Shown one piece after another: positions 21,351 to 35,186 of a stretch of 64,000 nt of DNA (its first letter is position 1; each line of letters opens with the position of its first letter). Source of the stretch: Microbotryum violaceum (taxonomy: Eukaryota); contig CDLV01000009.1 in the NCBI GenBank assembly GCA_001244265.2, positions 744,001-808,000 of the forward strand, given 5' to 3'. A program made the position numbers and the translations under genes. The notes below the pieces were generated by a model. It was not told the DNA's origin, did not search any database, and saw only the letters and a program-made list of their open reading frames with translations.

Positions 21351-24300
21351 CTACTCCTCGAGACTCTCGCGCACTTCGGACCAGTTGTCCATCGGTTTCA
21401 CCGCCGCCGCCGACGAGTGGTTCGACGACGACCATTGACCAATCCCACCGGCTTCCTCATCCTCCTCTGCCTGATGATGAGCATACCCACCCCCATTCAT
21501 CCCCTCCTCGTCAGCATGGTGCGCATAGCCCCCGTGCTGTCCCACCTCCTCATGACCCATCAAAGCTTCTTCATCCTCCAACTGCCCTCCTTCCTCTCCA
21601 ACATCGACCAATAAACCCTGAGCTTCTTGTTCAACCATCTGAATCTCCTGTTCCAAAATGAACGCGTCCTCCTTCTCCCTCTCCAAAGCCATCTCCCAAA
21701 CCTCAGCTCCACCAAATTCATCAACATGTTCGACGGGGTCCGCGATCGCCGAAGCTTGTTTAGGTTTCTTGGCTTGTTCCAACATATTGCGCCATTGAGC
21801 GACCGCTTTGGAAGTTTGTGAAGGCGCATAAGTCCTCGAGAACAACGCCGCTTCGGGTGCTCGATCGGCGGCGAGTAGAACGTCGACGCAAGCTGACGGT
21901 TCGGAAAGTTGTAAAGCGCAAGCGAAAGCGATATTGTTCAACCCGGACGTACTCGCCAATTCCTTCAACTCGCTCAAACCTTGTCGATCGCCCGTGGAGG
22001 TGTAAATCAACAACAAGGCCGAGAGGTCGTTGGCCATCTTGAAGCATTCTTCAGCGAGTTGAATCTTCCAACTCGCCAAAGCCCGATCACCCACCGTTCG
22101 CCATTTGGATTGCGAACCCAAATGGGGACTCGTACGCGCGAGCGCCAAAGCGGTGTCAAGGTCGTCGAGTTGGATCGCGAGTTCAAACTTGTGGTCCGGA
22201 TCCGTAGAGACTTGCAACGCAAGTTCCTTGAGGTCTTGTGTCTCCAAGAAACGAGCGAGACGATTTCGTTGTCCGGGCGCGACCTTAGGCAAGACCTCGC
22301 TCGCGGCTTCAAGATCGCCACGCAGGATCGCGGTTTGGTATTCGATCACCGAGAGCGAGAGAGAGAAAGCGTAAAAGTTGACCCCCTTATCGCACAGGTA
22401 AATGCGGCTATGCGATGGCAAGTATCCGAGCAAATACATTTGGCTGTGGGTTTAGTCATCCAGAGCACCGCTCATTAGTTTCTACGCAAAGCAAGCGCCT
22501 GGGGCAGCGATTCGACCTCACCTGTCAAAGTGAGTAATGGTATGGGTTTGACCACCGACGCAATAGTTCAACCGGTTCGCATCGGTCGTGTACACGAAGC
22601 AGTCGCCGATCCATTTCCCCGTTCGCACGACATCGGCAATGTCAGCCTCGACCTCGAACGCCTCTTCGACCCCCTCGTCGTCCAACTCATTGCCACTCTC
22701 GACGTAATTGAGGTAAGCGTCTCGGTCGTACTTGAGTACGTAGAACGAGTCGGTCCCGGCGATGGCGACAAAGTTGCCCGTGCCGGACCAGTACACATTC
22801 CTCACATCGACTTCGATGCGACGCACGATCGCTCCCGAGTCCCAGTCGTAAAAGACGACAAAGCCCATCCCTTTGACACCCAAAAGTGTTCCACCGTAAA
22901 TCCCATCGGTCGTGTAACCGACGTTGACGAGGTTCGGGCGTTCCTTGAAGTTGCGGAAGACCTTGATCTTACTGTTCGCCTCGCGCACGGCGTACGTGTT
23001 CGAGTCTAAGGCCCAAGCAAAGCCGATACCCGGGCCGAACGACTTGTTGCGCCATGCGAGCGCGGTGTAAATGATGTACTCGCCATCACCGCACACGGTG
23101 ACGAATCGACCGTTTGGCGAGTGCTGCAACGACTGCGCGTAGACCTCGGTATTGCCCAACTCGCGTGGGGCAACAGCAAGCTGTTGTCCGTCGGGGACGT
23201 TGTCATCGACGGCCGATTGCATCGTCGCGGTCAGAACCTCGGCGTTGCGCGTAAAGACGACTTTACCAGCGCCGTCCATCGAGATGGACGGTTCCTCACG
23301 ACCAAGCTTGACGACAACGGCGCCTTCATCGAAACCGAACGCAACGTCGTTGCCCTTTTTGGAGTAGGCAATGCACCATGCTCGCTCGAGTCCATAGTCG
23401 AGCGTGTTCTCTAACCGGTACGTCGACGAGTGCCAGATCTTGACGGTGCCGTCCTCGGATCCAGAGATGAGGATCGGTAGGGAAGGGTGGAAGATGGCGA
23501 ACGAGACGTTGGACGAGTGGCCCTCGAGGGTCTGGATGCATGATTTGGAGAGGTAGTCCCAGATTTTGATCTGGCGGTCGTCACCGGTCGTGACAAGGTA
23601 CGGCTTGTCGCCACCGTGGTAGTACTCGACGTAGTTGACACCCTTCTCGTGCGCGTCGAGGGTGAAGTTGGCCGCGGCCGATCCGAGGGACCAGACCTTG
23701 ACGGTGCGATCCAAGCACGCCGAGGCGAACGTGTTGGCGTCTTTGGGGTTAAAGGAGAGGTTCATGATGTAGTGGGTGTGTCCCTCAAAGACCTGGGGCG
23801 AGGGGTGAGAGAGTCGCGTCAGTCACGCTGAAAGTGGTGGAACGGTCTGTGTGGACCCGAGGACTGACTTGGATGCACTTCCATCCCTTTTCCCAGTCCC
23901 AGAGCTTGATGGTCATATCATCGGATCCGGTGAGGACCAGGCTCTGGGTCGGATGCACGGCCAAGCAGCGGATGTAGTCCGGATGGGCCTCGAGCGCGGT
24001 GACCTTTTCACCCGTGTTGTAGTTGAAGACGCGCAGGTGGAAGTCGTCGGATCCGCAGATGAACCAGTTGCGTCGGGCGATGAAGCGCACGCATCGTACG
24101 GGGACCTCGGTCACTTCGAACGTCTTGATCACGACCTGGAGCGAGCAACGGGGAGACGTGGCGGCGTGGGTTCGTACGAGTGAGATTAGGGCAGGAGGGA
24201 GCGGGTCAGCTGCGTTAACGATACAGACTGCTGGTGGTGATTGACGTACGCCTGTGTCAATGTGGTAGATGATGACGTTTCCGGTGTAGAGACCAGCACT

Positions 24301-24624
24301 GCGAGGAGGAACGAGCCAAGAAGGCGCGTGGTCAGTTGTTGGTGGAGCTGTTGGAGCGAACGGTAGCGCATCCGGCGCGTCTTACATGAGCCCTGTAGGT
24401 GCAAGTGAAGGGATACCGTATCGTGTCAGTGGATGGTCGCATACGTCAAAGTGGACAGCGTGTGGCAGTACTGACATGGTTCTGTCGGATGGATGTCGAG
24501 GGACTTTACCCTGTCGGACCTCGCCAGCAGTTTGCCTGTGGTGCGCCAGCGTTCTTGTCGGTCAGCGGAGGCTTTCAGCGCCTCTGAACAGAATCGTGGA
24601 CTAACGGTTGATCTCGAGCAGCAT
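21351..24624 (-). CDS. SEC27: Coatomer beta' subunit (Sec27)
   Basis: [28 protein letters not shown]..., WD40 repeats (AHPDYIRCLAVHPT, HEKGVNYVEYY), LENTLDYGLERAW, SLSVIEYQTAILRGD. Multiple introns including a 7-nt exon. Confidence 0.95.
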
Positions 24625-25096
24625 CGTGGGGCAGCGTGAAGGCGTTCAGTCGGGTCGGGTTATAAAGCTCTAGCTCTCTCGAGGCGCGCGGGTCGAACAC
24701 GTCGGCGGCGGGTCACTCGTCACTAGTCACTGGCGGGTGACACACACGGGTCTGCTGGGCTCTGCAACGTCGAGAAGGGGGTCTAGCTCGCACGCCGGGA
24801 GGAAGGAAAAGAACAGGCAAGAGCGAGATCACGTTGGAGGCTCCCAAGATTAGACGTAACGAGGTGGTGTAGGTCGTCGGTGGCTGAGTGGATGTGCCGA
24901 GTAAGAGTTACCTAGTGATCAGGCGCGCGTCGCTTAGCGGGACTTGGGGTTTATTACCGATGCCCAATTGTCACTTAGCCCAGTGTGCGATCGTAATTCA
25001 ATTCGCAAGGGCTGCCTTCGCGCAGGCTCGCTCGTTTCTCCTTCCCGCCTGCTCATCCGACCGATTCTCTCCCCCCTCCCCCCCCCTCTCCCAACC

Positions 25097-26165
25097 ATGT
25101 CGTCCAAGATCAGCGTTTCCAGCGTGCGAGGTTCGATCAAGGCCCTTATCGAAGAGTCGACCGGCGAGAAGAAGCGCAACTTTGTCGAGACCGTAAGTTG
25201 GGAGCGCTCCGCAGACTGAATGGCCACCATTCACGGGCTTTAGGGCACGCACTCGCGCACCGCGGCGCAGTCTTCAAAGCATGATCCGCATTCGCTGATA
25301 CAAGCCCTTCTGGTATCCATCTCATAACAGGTCGAGTTGCAAATCGGCTTGAAGAACTACGATCCTCAACGAGACAAGCGTTTCTCGGGAACCCTCCAGT
25401 GAGTGGTCGCGTAAGCGTCGAGTGTCTACGGTGTACGGTCTGGGCCCGGCCGCCCGTCGCCGTTCTTGGGCTGGTTTTTTTCCGCGGGCAACTGCGACCG
25501 GGCGCGCGCGTGTGCGGGTGGTGGTGCAGCGCTGGGGGGGGGGGGTGGCTCCTCTTCTCGGCCGAACCAGCTGCTCGACGCCCTCCGCCCACGCCCCCGT
25601 TCAGGCTCAACACAACCCACCTCAATCTGTGAATGTAAATGCTTACCCGTACTCCTCTCCCACTCCTCTCAGGCTCCCCCACACGCCCCGCCCTCGCATG
25701 TCGATCTGCATTCTCGCCGATGCGGCCGACATCGATCGCGCCAAGCTGATCGAGCTCGAGTACATGTCCGTGGACGACTTGAAGAAGCTCAACAAGAACA
25801 AGAAGCTCGTCAAGAAGCTCGCGAAGAAGTACGACGCCTTCCTTGCCTCCGAGGCCTTGATCAAGCAGATTCCTCGTCTGCTCGGCCCCGGTCTGTCCAA
25901 GGCCAGCAAGTTCCCGACCCCCATCTCGCCCGCCGAGGACCTTGGCAAAAAGGTCACGGACGTGCGCTCGACGATCCGCTTCCAGCTCAAGAAGGTCTTG
26001 TGCCTCGGTACCGCCGTCGGCCACCTCGAGATGCCGGACGACCAGCTCGTCGCCAACACCATGTTGGCCATCAACTTCCTCATCTCGCTCTTGAAGAAGA
26101 ACTGGCAGAACGTCAAGTCGTTGACGCTCAAGTCGTCCATGGGCAAGCCCCACCGCATCTTCTAA
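25097..26165 (+). CDS. RPL1: 60S ribosomal protein uL1 (L1/L10a), 3 exons
   Basis: MSSKIS...[30 protein letters not shown]|...[38 protein letters not shown]...KKNWQNV...[11 protein letters not shown]. Confidence 0.97.
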
Positions 26166-26678
26166 ATCGACCGTTCTCTTGAGATCCACTCGACCTCGCT
26201 CGTCAAATTCTTCTTCTCCCGTTCGATGGCTTTTCTCTTTCAACACACATCAACCGCAGGACTCGACAAGACCGAAGAACATTTCAAGTCGTGACCCCTT
26301 ACACAACAGACCATCATTCGCACGCTGGGTACCAACACGAGGCATTAAGTTGCTACTTCGCGCTTGGGAGCAGGGGGTTCTTCGGCCGATTCGTTTTTCT
26401 TGACTTTTGTGGAGCTTCCGAGGTGGGTCTGGGTCGGAGGGGAGCAAGCTTGGGAGGAAAGAAGTTTGCCGTTTCTCTATTTTTTGTAGGGACGATGTTG
26501 GCGATCTTTTTTTGGACCTAGATTTTGAATGATATAAAAAGCTAAAAGACCAGCTATACCCGTTAATGTCGAGAAACGAGTTGTGCGTGCCTCGCTGCTC
26601 TGACATTCTTTGAACTCACGCCCACACGTGATCGATCCCACACCGACGCTGGAACGGACCACAACGGGCGGGTAGACC

Positions 26679-28887
26679 ATGTCGACGACGCACATCTCCT
26701 TGGAACCACCGGCAATCACAGCTCAAGATGGCTTGGACGACGATCTCTTCGCCCCAGCCGCCAGGTTGTACGAGGTAACGCATGACGGGCAACAGGTCTT
26801 GACGAGGCGAGTGGGGTATTGAGCTTGATCAGGACCGCGCATTGTGCTGATCAGGGTTGTGTGTTGGGGCATTCGATAGAGAGGATTCGAATAAGCTCCC
26901 AACGGAACGCTTGTTGCGGATATGGCAGGAAAGAGGCGACTTTTCACAGTTGACGAGTCAGAGGATTAGGGACGAGCAGAACAAGGATCTCACCAAGACG
27001 TCGTCGACAGATGAACACAGTGGAGAGCAAGACGAGCACAAGGACGACGTGCACGAGTTGGGCATCACACCGGAACAGATGAGCGAACTACGGATGACCA
27101 TGATGCGGCAGTTGGAGTAGGTCATTGCCCGCTATCGCTGAGTCTTTGCAGGGCCAGTCCACTGATGGACTCCCGTCCTCTCACAGACTCGCTCGGGGCG
27201 AATTAACCACAGCTTTGGACCTGCTGTCCATCATCGCTGCACCTACCGTAGCCACGACCGTTGATGCCGAAGCTCTACCCCTACCTCAACAAACGCTCAC
27301 CATCGTTCCTTCCGCGCCGCCCATTCCTTTACCCTCCTCCGAGAACGACGATTCGACGAACGAGCATACTGGTGCTTCAACGTCCCTCCTTCCTTTGGCA
27401 ACTTCCTTGGCATCATTACGAGAATCAGCCAACTCGTTCTTCTCCGCTTCGAGCCAAGTCCTCGCTTCCACCTCCAACTCCACTACGTCCACTTCGACCT
27501 CCCCATCGCGCAACCCCACCTCGAAACAATGGTCAACCCTCTTACACCTCCACACCTCCACACCCTTCCCTCTCATCCCCTTGGGAGCCCGATCCAATGC
27601 CTCCTTCTCGGGTCAAGGTGAAACCCGTCTGGCCAAACAAGTTGGAGTGTTCTATGGATGTGCCGAGGCGGCTCCGTCGTTTAGGAGGGCTGGGGTCGCT
27701 CAGGTTGAGCAGGTTTTGCAAGAGGTTGAGGAAGGGAGGGAAGGGTTGGGGAAAGGTGTGGGGAGGAAGACGGGGAGAAAGTTGGTCGTTGAAGTGGAGA
27801 TGGAGGGGAGGGGTAGAGATTGGTGCGTATGGACTTCTGGAGCTGCGGAGAAGGAGGGGAAGGAGCAGGGCGTCGAGGACATGCTGAAACAACGAGGGCG
27901 GAACGTATTCGCGGAGGAGTTGTTTGCTGTCGTACGTACTATGTTTGGCTTCGCGGTATATTCTAGATTCGGAGACTGGGGAAGCTGATTCCAGTTTCGT
28001 CTCTGACAGCTATCGAACGAGGCTAGGTCGGATGTGAGCGTCAAGTCGCGACTTGAATTGGGCAAGCGATCCCAGGGCGACTCGGTCATCACAGAGGGGC
28101 ATGGTTGGAAGCTCAAAATCACAATGGTTAGTGCCACGTGTTGCACAACACGAAGCCCGTCTTCATGTTGCTGATGCGAGCGAGCAAACACATACAGGTT
28201 GCCGTTCCGGAACCCAAACTCGAGGCACCTATACCAGAACCAAATGCGATCGCGCCGCTTTTGGTGCCCCTTCTGCGACTCTTACTCATACAAGAATACG
28301 TCAGACGGAGATCTCCCACCTCGTTCTCGACTTCGATCCCAATCCTTCCGACCGTGTCCGCCTTCCTGTCCTACCTCTATCGGCTCAACTCCCTCTGCGG
28401 AGTCTTGACGACCCTCACATCGACCATCGACCCTTCGATCCCTACGTCAACGACTTATCACCCTTCATTGGCATCAGCACCTCTTTCAGCGGTCCGCAAA
28501 ATCCTTTCCCCTCCTACAACCTCAAACGAACTCAAAGAACTAGGCGGTCGGATAGTCCTTCGCATCGGATCTTCACCTACCTCCCTGTTCCACATCTCTC
28601 ACTCGACTTTACTCCCTCAACCTTCCTCAACTTCAACAACTAACCCAAGTACCAGTCCTAGTCCATCGATGGGCGTGTCGGCGTTCGCTTTGGCTTCGCA
28701 TCAGGGTTTGGTATTGCAGGCGCCGAGGAGTGCTCCAGTCGTGGTTGGGTCGGTGGGACAGTTAAAGGGATTCTTGCAAGAGCAGATAGGGGAAGTGCTG
28801 AAGGGGTGTGCGGGCAAGGAGGAGGTGGAGGAGGTCAATGGGAAGGAAAAGGAGGGTATGGAAGTTGATCAGAGTAGCTTAGTGTAA
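26679..28887 (+). CDS. MED17: Mediator subunit Med17 (Srb4)-like protein
   Basis: HISLEPP...LYEVTHDGQQV...ERLLRIWQERGDFSQLT...QMSELRMTMMRQLE|LARGELTTALDLLS...W..LL.L...GVFYGCAEAAPSFRRAG...FAEELFA matches the basidiomycete Med17 layout. Confidence 0.75.
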
Positions 28888-29773
28888 TAAATAAGGGTGA
28901 AAAACCCTTGATGTGACATGTCCCCGACCCCTCGTGAGCAAAGTGGGGATTGGTTCCATTTAGCTGAGGGTTTGGCGTACTGTATCACTTTAACAACCGG
29001 GTCGAAACTGGCCAAAGCATGGGCAGTCAGAATGTTCGCCCACTGCGATAACGCTCGGGACTCTTCCCGCCCCGCCCTCACCCCCTCAACCCCCTCCGCA
29101 CCTCCAGCACAGGCCGTGCGCCCAAGCCTCTTTCATGCCCCTCAAAGGGCACGTCGGCTAATCTTACGTAAATAATTGACTTGATGCTTGGATGAGCTCG
29201 CACGCGTATAGGTCCGGCTCTGACGGGCCGTGAGGAGGGGGTGTGAACGTATCAAAACTGTGCTCTGTGGATTGGACGCACGGCGGTTGCTTCTCCGAGA
29301 TGGGAGAGAGCTGTGGCGACGTATAAAATATTGATTATTTAGTACAATGATTTATTGCAGATGCCAGGATCCAGAATTCAGGGCTCGCCCCTACAGCTCC
29401 CGCTCTGCATGTTTTCTGCACCCCGTGCTGCTCGTGTTCCACGCGCATAGTTTTGGGTGCTCTTGTCAAACATTCTTCGGAGGAGAGATTGTCCATTAGA
29501 CATAATGGTGAACTTTCATCAATTATATCCTCTATGCAAGTCGTCGGATGCTGCGCCGGAAGGGGCCTCAAAGGAGGAGAGGACGAACGGCCCGGTTCTC
29601 GCAATGTTCAGGCTAGGACGGACCGAGCCCTGTGCATGACCAGCACGCAGTTCGGTGGTCACGGTACTAGAAGCCTCTTAAACTGATCGCACATCTTTCG
29701 ATTTTTCTTTTACCTCATCATCATCCTTGTCTTGCTTCTGCCCTCTGTCTGCACCCACACTCGTTTACACCCA

Positions 29774-31438
29774 ATGACTGCGCGCCAACAACACAGCGCC
29801 AGAGCCACCGTTCTCACGACCCTCGTACTGTCCATCCTCACCTCCACCTCCGCCAAAGTCTCACAGCATGAAAAAATGGCTGTATACCCTATATACCCCG
29901 TTAATGGAGCGAAATACGGCTACATCATCGTGGGAGCCGGTACAGCCTGCGCGACACTCACAGCTCGTCTTTCCGAAGATCCCCCCGTCACCATCGCCGT
30001 TCTTGAGGCAGGAGACAATCAACAATATCTAAATTCTTACGCTTTCCTCCCTGGTGCTTGTGTACTTGGTGTTGCGCAGGAAAATCAGACCGCGAATAAT
30101 TGGGGTCCGATCACGCAGCCTCGCGCTTTCCAGAGTCCTCAGCTATTGATGGTGTCCGGCATCGGTCCCAAAGACCAGCTGGCTCAATTTGGGTAGCACT
30201 GAAGGCAGCCTCTCATTCCTCGAACACGAATCACTCACGTCCCGCATTTGGAAATGCGCAGAATCAAGCAGCTTGCCGATTTTCCTGGCGTTGGCCAAAA
30301 CTTTCAAGATCACGCATTCATCTCCCCAGGCTACAAGATCGACAACAACATCTACAACCTCGGTGCTCCCAACCTGCCAGCGTAGGACGGGCCGAAGGCC
30401 AAGTCCTCAATCACAACCTCGGTTCACTCACCAATCCGGTCTCGGACTACATCGCCTGGGATCGTATGAGCTCCAACTTCTTCAACGAATATCCTGCGGC
30501 GGCTGCAATTAACGACCCCGAGAAGGAAAAGCTCTACCAACCACTACGAGTCTATTTCCTTGGCGGGATTGACGGGCGATCTCAGCAACCTGAATAAGAT
30601 GAACTCGGGTACTTGCCGCTCAGAAGCCTCTGCGTCTCTTTTACGCTCTTTTGGGCGCATTGGTCGCTCCGCTTTCACGAGGTCAGTGCGCGCGGCCTCT
30701 CCCTCGTGGCCCGGACCCAAGTGGGCGAAGGGCGGGGCATTGATCATCCTGATCTTTTGAGCAGGTACCGTCACCCTAGCTTCGGCCGATACGAAAGTCA
30801 CCCCAAGATCGAATCACCCCTCTTGGGGGCAAGGCCGTGGCGATCGAAATCTACAGGAAAATCCGCTGAATCTTCAATACCCGAGCTTTCAGGGAGGTAG
30901 GGCCAATGACGAAGAGTACTACCCTGGTATATTGTTCTGACGCTCGATTCACTTCACAGAAAGCACCCTGATCCTATCACCTCTACTCTAGGTCTCAACG
31001 TCTCGACTGACGCTCAAATCCTCCAAACGATCGAAGCTTCGGTCCAAAAGGTTTGGCGTGCGGTATGGTCAGTTCGAGGCCGCGCCTGTTCATTGATTTG
31101 CTTCGTAGCACCTGCGCCACGGGTTCTCGTTCAAAAGGCGGGATTCTTGACCCCTATCTCCGGGTCCACGGTGTGAACCGTCTCCGTGTCGTCGACGCCT
31201 CAGCCTTCCCTATGCTTCCTCCTGGACATTCTCAATCGGTCATGTGTGAGTACACTTATTAAACCGCACGAGACTAAGATCTCAAGCTAACCATGCCCTC
31301 TCTCGACGATCAGACATGCTTACCGAACGTGCAGCCGATTTCATCAAAGAGACCCGCGGCCGCACCGGGGTGCGCATCCCTGCTCCCCAGGTCACACTTC
31401 CCACAGGTGATTTCGGGGCTCCTTACACCAGTAACTAA
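29774..31438 (+). pseudogene. Internally deleted, frameshifted tandem copy of the GMC oxidoreductase
   Basis: YIIVGAGTAC (third Gly of GxGxxG lost). WGPITQP joins directly to [15 protein letters not shown], and later exons are frameshifted. Same exon layout as 32525-35186. Confidence 0.85.
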
Positions 31439-32524
31439 TTTGGGATTGCTTTTTTGAGATCGAACCAATACACTGGATACTCTCGCGCCCTTTGAAGCTT
31501 TTTCCTGTTGCCTGCGAAAAATTTGAATCGTGTCCGTAAGATCGAGTCTTCGACTTCTTCGCGCTATCCCTCTGGTGTACCCCTCTTGTCTCAGGTGTAA
31601 TATAAGCCCTAATACTACTATACTAATTTTACACACCATTTGGTCTATTCCATGATCAATTGTTGGGGTCGCAATTGTCACGACACGCGTGCCTAGATTT
31701 ACATGCCCCCTGAGCCGACAGGGTGAGACTTTCCTATTCCATCACCGGCTTTTCTTAGACAGTCGGTCTCGGGGAAATCGCGTCATGATATATAAACCTA
31801 CCCTTCAAGTCCCCAGCGGGTAATAGCTCAGCGAAGACATCAGCCGTCGGCAGATGCCCACACAATAGGACGGTCAGTGTGAAGGGCTTACGTACGCAAA
31901 TTCGGCAAGCAAGCTAGGGAGCGCTTGCACGCGGACCCCGTTGGGGGGGGGGGGGTAACCTTCATTCTGAGGATGTAAGAGACATTCTCAGAATATCTCT
32001 GAGATGCGGAGCTCTCGAGCACACTTTGGAAAGTCTCGAGCCCTCGGCTTGGCTGCCCGACGCCCTTGCCACCACCCCATCGAGAGGATTCCTCCCCGCC
32101 AGACGGGAAAAACGGCGTCATGTGGGGTGGTACTCCTCAGTACCCTAGTCCGTATCTTAGTTGGTCGGGGTGCGCCGACCCCGGATTTGGTTTCTAGCCA
32201 TTTTCAAGAAGTTGCGCATTGGGCATCATGAGGCCTGAGCACCTCACAAGGGTCGTCGTCTGGGACGGCCCGGACGTTCCAGAAAGGTCTTGGCCCCAAC
32301 TCCGAGGACTTCAGCGCGCATCCCTTTTCCGAATCGTCCGGAACAGCGGTCGTCCGGCGCTGACTTCTCTCAATCGTCTGTATCCTCTTGATCGTGCCTG
32401 TATGTACTAGCTACCTATCAATCTCTCCCTTCGTTTTATACCTTTCATCCATCACCACCTACCTTGTCCTCTCGTTTCAACCTCCTCTGCTGTCACAGCA
32501 TCGCTCAGCACATTACAGTCCATA

Positions 32525-35186
32525 ATGACTGCGCGCGTGACGGATCCTGCCCGTATCACCATCGCTGTGACACTCCTTCTGTCCTGCTTCACTTTGGCTT
32601 CGGCCAAGATCACGCAAGAGAAGAGGGCCATTCCCTTGCCAGGCGCGACGTATGATTACGTCGTCATTGGAGCTGGTACGGCAGGCGCCACCATCGCCGC
32701 TCGACTGGCCGAGGATCCTTCCGTTACCGTCGCTGTGATCGAAGCCGGCGATGGTCTACAGAACATCAACCCACTTGCGTTCATTCCCGGAGCCGATGTG
32801 CTTGGTGTTGGAGCGGACTCGTCCGATAAGCAGATTTTGAACGACTGGGCGCCGATCACGCAACCGCAGCGGGGGGCGGGTAACCGCCAACTCCACTACG
32901 CCCGAGGCAAGGGAGTCGGCGGTTCCTCGATCAAGAACTTTATGGTCAGTGCAGCAGCAACCGGACGGGAGAAGGAGGCGATTTGTTGATATGGAAAGAC
33001 TGGCCAACCAGATTTATCAAAGACCGGACAGGACGTCCTTCGACGCGTGGGAGCAGGCCACCGCAGGTCAAGACTCTCCCGGTTGGACTTGGGAGGACGT
33101 CTACCCGTACTTTACGTGAGCAACATACTCCATATTCTTCCTCGCGCCATACTTGGTGAACCTGCTGCTCATGCGAGGACTTGCCTATTCCTCCACCCTG
33201 AGCAGTAAGAGTGTGGCCATCACTCCTGCAAACAACGAGAAGAGAGGGGCTCAATATGCCCCCCGCTACAAGTGAGTCGACTCACACTGAGGAAATCATG
33301 TATCTTACCCCGTGCGCTGATCAGGTGTGACCGCACCCGCCGATAGCCCAGCCGCGTTTCCTCAAACCGACTCCTCGCAGGCGCCGCTGACACTCGGTTA
33401 TCCCAATTTTGCCTTCGAGTACGGCACGACGCTTGCCGCCGCGTACGACGAGCTCGGATACCCAGCCGCATCCGACTTTTCCTCGGGCACTCTCAACGGC
33501 TACGCTTACAACCCCTCGACTATCGACGCGAGCAACGGGCACCGTGCAACCTCACAGAAATTCATCAAAAATGCCCAAAACAATGGACTGTCAAACCTCA
33601 AGGTCATCTCGAGTGCGATGGTCAAGAAGATCAATTTTGACTCTGAAATGAATGGTGAGTGGTGTACCAAGCTGTGGGGTTTTGCGCCCATTTAACCAAT
33701 CTTCGACACGTGGTGGTCCGTGCGCAGCTGTCTCGTGCACCTATACGACCTTGTTTGGGGCATTTCGAACGACTGTCTCGGCACGAAGGGAGATCATCCT
33801 CTCGGCCGGGGCCTTCCAAAGCCCCCAGCTGTTGATGGTCTCTGGGATTGGACCAAAAGCCCAGTTATCCAAGTTTGGGTGAGTCAGTTATATATCGGGT
33901 GAAGTACATCCGCCGTTCGACAGCATCCGTGTCACTAATGCACATTCGTCAACCTCTTCGTGCTCAGTATCAATCAGCTGGTCGACTTGCCTGGCGTCGG
34001 GCAAAATCTTCAGGATCACGTTTTCTTCTCGCCTTCGTATGAGATCAAGAACCACATCTACAATCTTGGTGGAGAAACTCGGCTCTTCAAGCTGCTGCTG
34101 GCTGGAGCTTCGGCTCTGTTTACGAATTCGGACTCGCTGACCAACCCCGTGGCGGATCATTTGAACTGGGGAAGGTTCAACGACTCCTTCTTCGAGTCAC
34201 ACCCCGAGGCGGCCGCTCTCAGCAACACGTCCCAATATGGCTCGCTATGGCCCCATTACGAGTTCCTCGCCGCTCCCGGCTTGACCAAGGACTTCAGCAA
34301 CCTGTTTACACTGAACAGCGCTCTGGCATCTCAGAATCCTCCGCGGTTCTTCTACTCACTTCTCGGTGCACTGGTGGCACCACTATCACGAGGTCAGTAC
34401 TATGAGACCCCATGTTCCGGCAGGTAAGACCGATTCATTGAAGTTTCGATGCATTAAACGTATAACGCAGGTACCGTTAGCCTCGCGTCAGCGGACTCTA
34501 GCGTATATCCCAAGATCGACCCCAATTGGATCACCCACCCTGGAGATCAAGCCGTCGCGATCGAAATCTTCAAAAAGATCCGCCGCATCTTCAACACGGA
34601 AGCTTTCAGGGCCGTGCGCGCCAACACCGAGGAGTACTACCCAGGTAAAATACGGCATGCCTTGCAGTGTACGGGGCGTAGGTCAAAACGTGCTGACTGA
34701 CGTGTACCCCTAAATGTTTCAGGTCTCAACGTCCAAAGCGATGCGGACATTCTCAAAACCATTCAAGCTTCTGTACAGACGGTGTGGCATGCAGCTTGGT
34801 GAGCCTGGATGGACTCAAGACTATTTGGAAGTATGACATTGACCGCAAGCCATTCCTTGGCTTGCAGTACCTGCGCCATGGGGTCTCGTTCAAGTGGCGG
34901 TGTTCTCGATCCCTACCTCCGCGTGTACGGCGTGAACCGGCTCCGAGTTGTCGACGCTTCGTCCTTCCCCATGTTGCCGCCCGGGCACCCCCAATCCAGT
35001 GTTTGTGAGCAGTATATCTGTGCCTTGAGAGCGTAGCCTGCACCATAGCTGACTCTGAGTTCGGCTTCAGACATGCTCGCCGAGCGTGCGGCAGACTTTA
35101 TTAGAGCCACCCGCACCGGCGCCATCACTCCTCCCAGTGTCACAATGCCCGAGGGCGACTCTGGTTCTCCTTTCACGGGGAACTGA
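32525..35186 (+). CDS. Secreted GMC oxidoreductase (CAZy AA3-like FAD-dependent dehydrogenase/oxidase)
   Basis: Signal peptide, [80 protein letters not shown] (His/His catalytic pair). Confidence 0.92.

Noticed and set aside
25146-26246. 366-aa antisense ORF over RPL1
   Set aside because: Shadow of strong codon bias on the sense strand, crossing introns, with no recognisable motifs.
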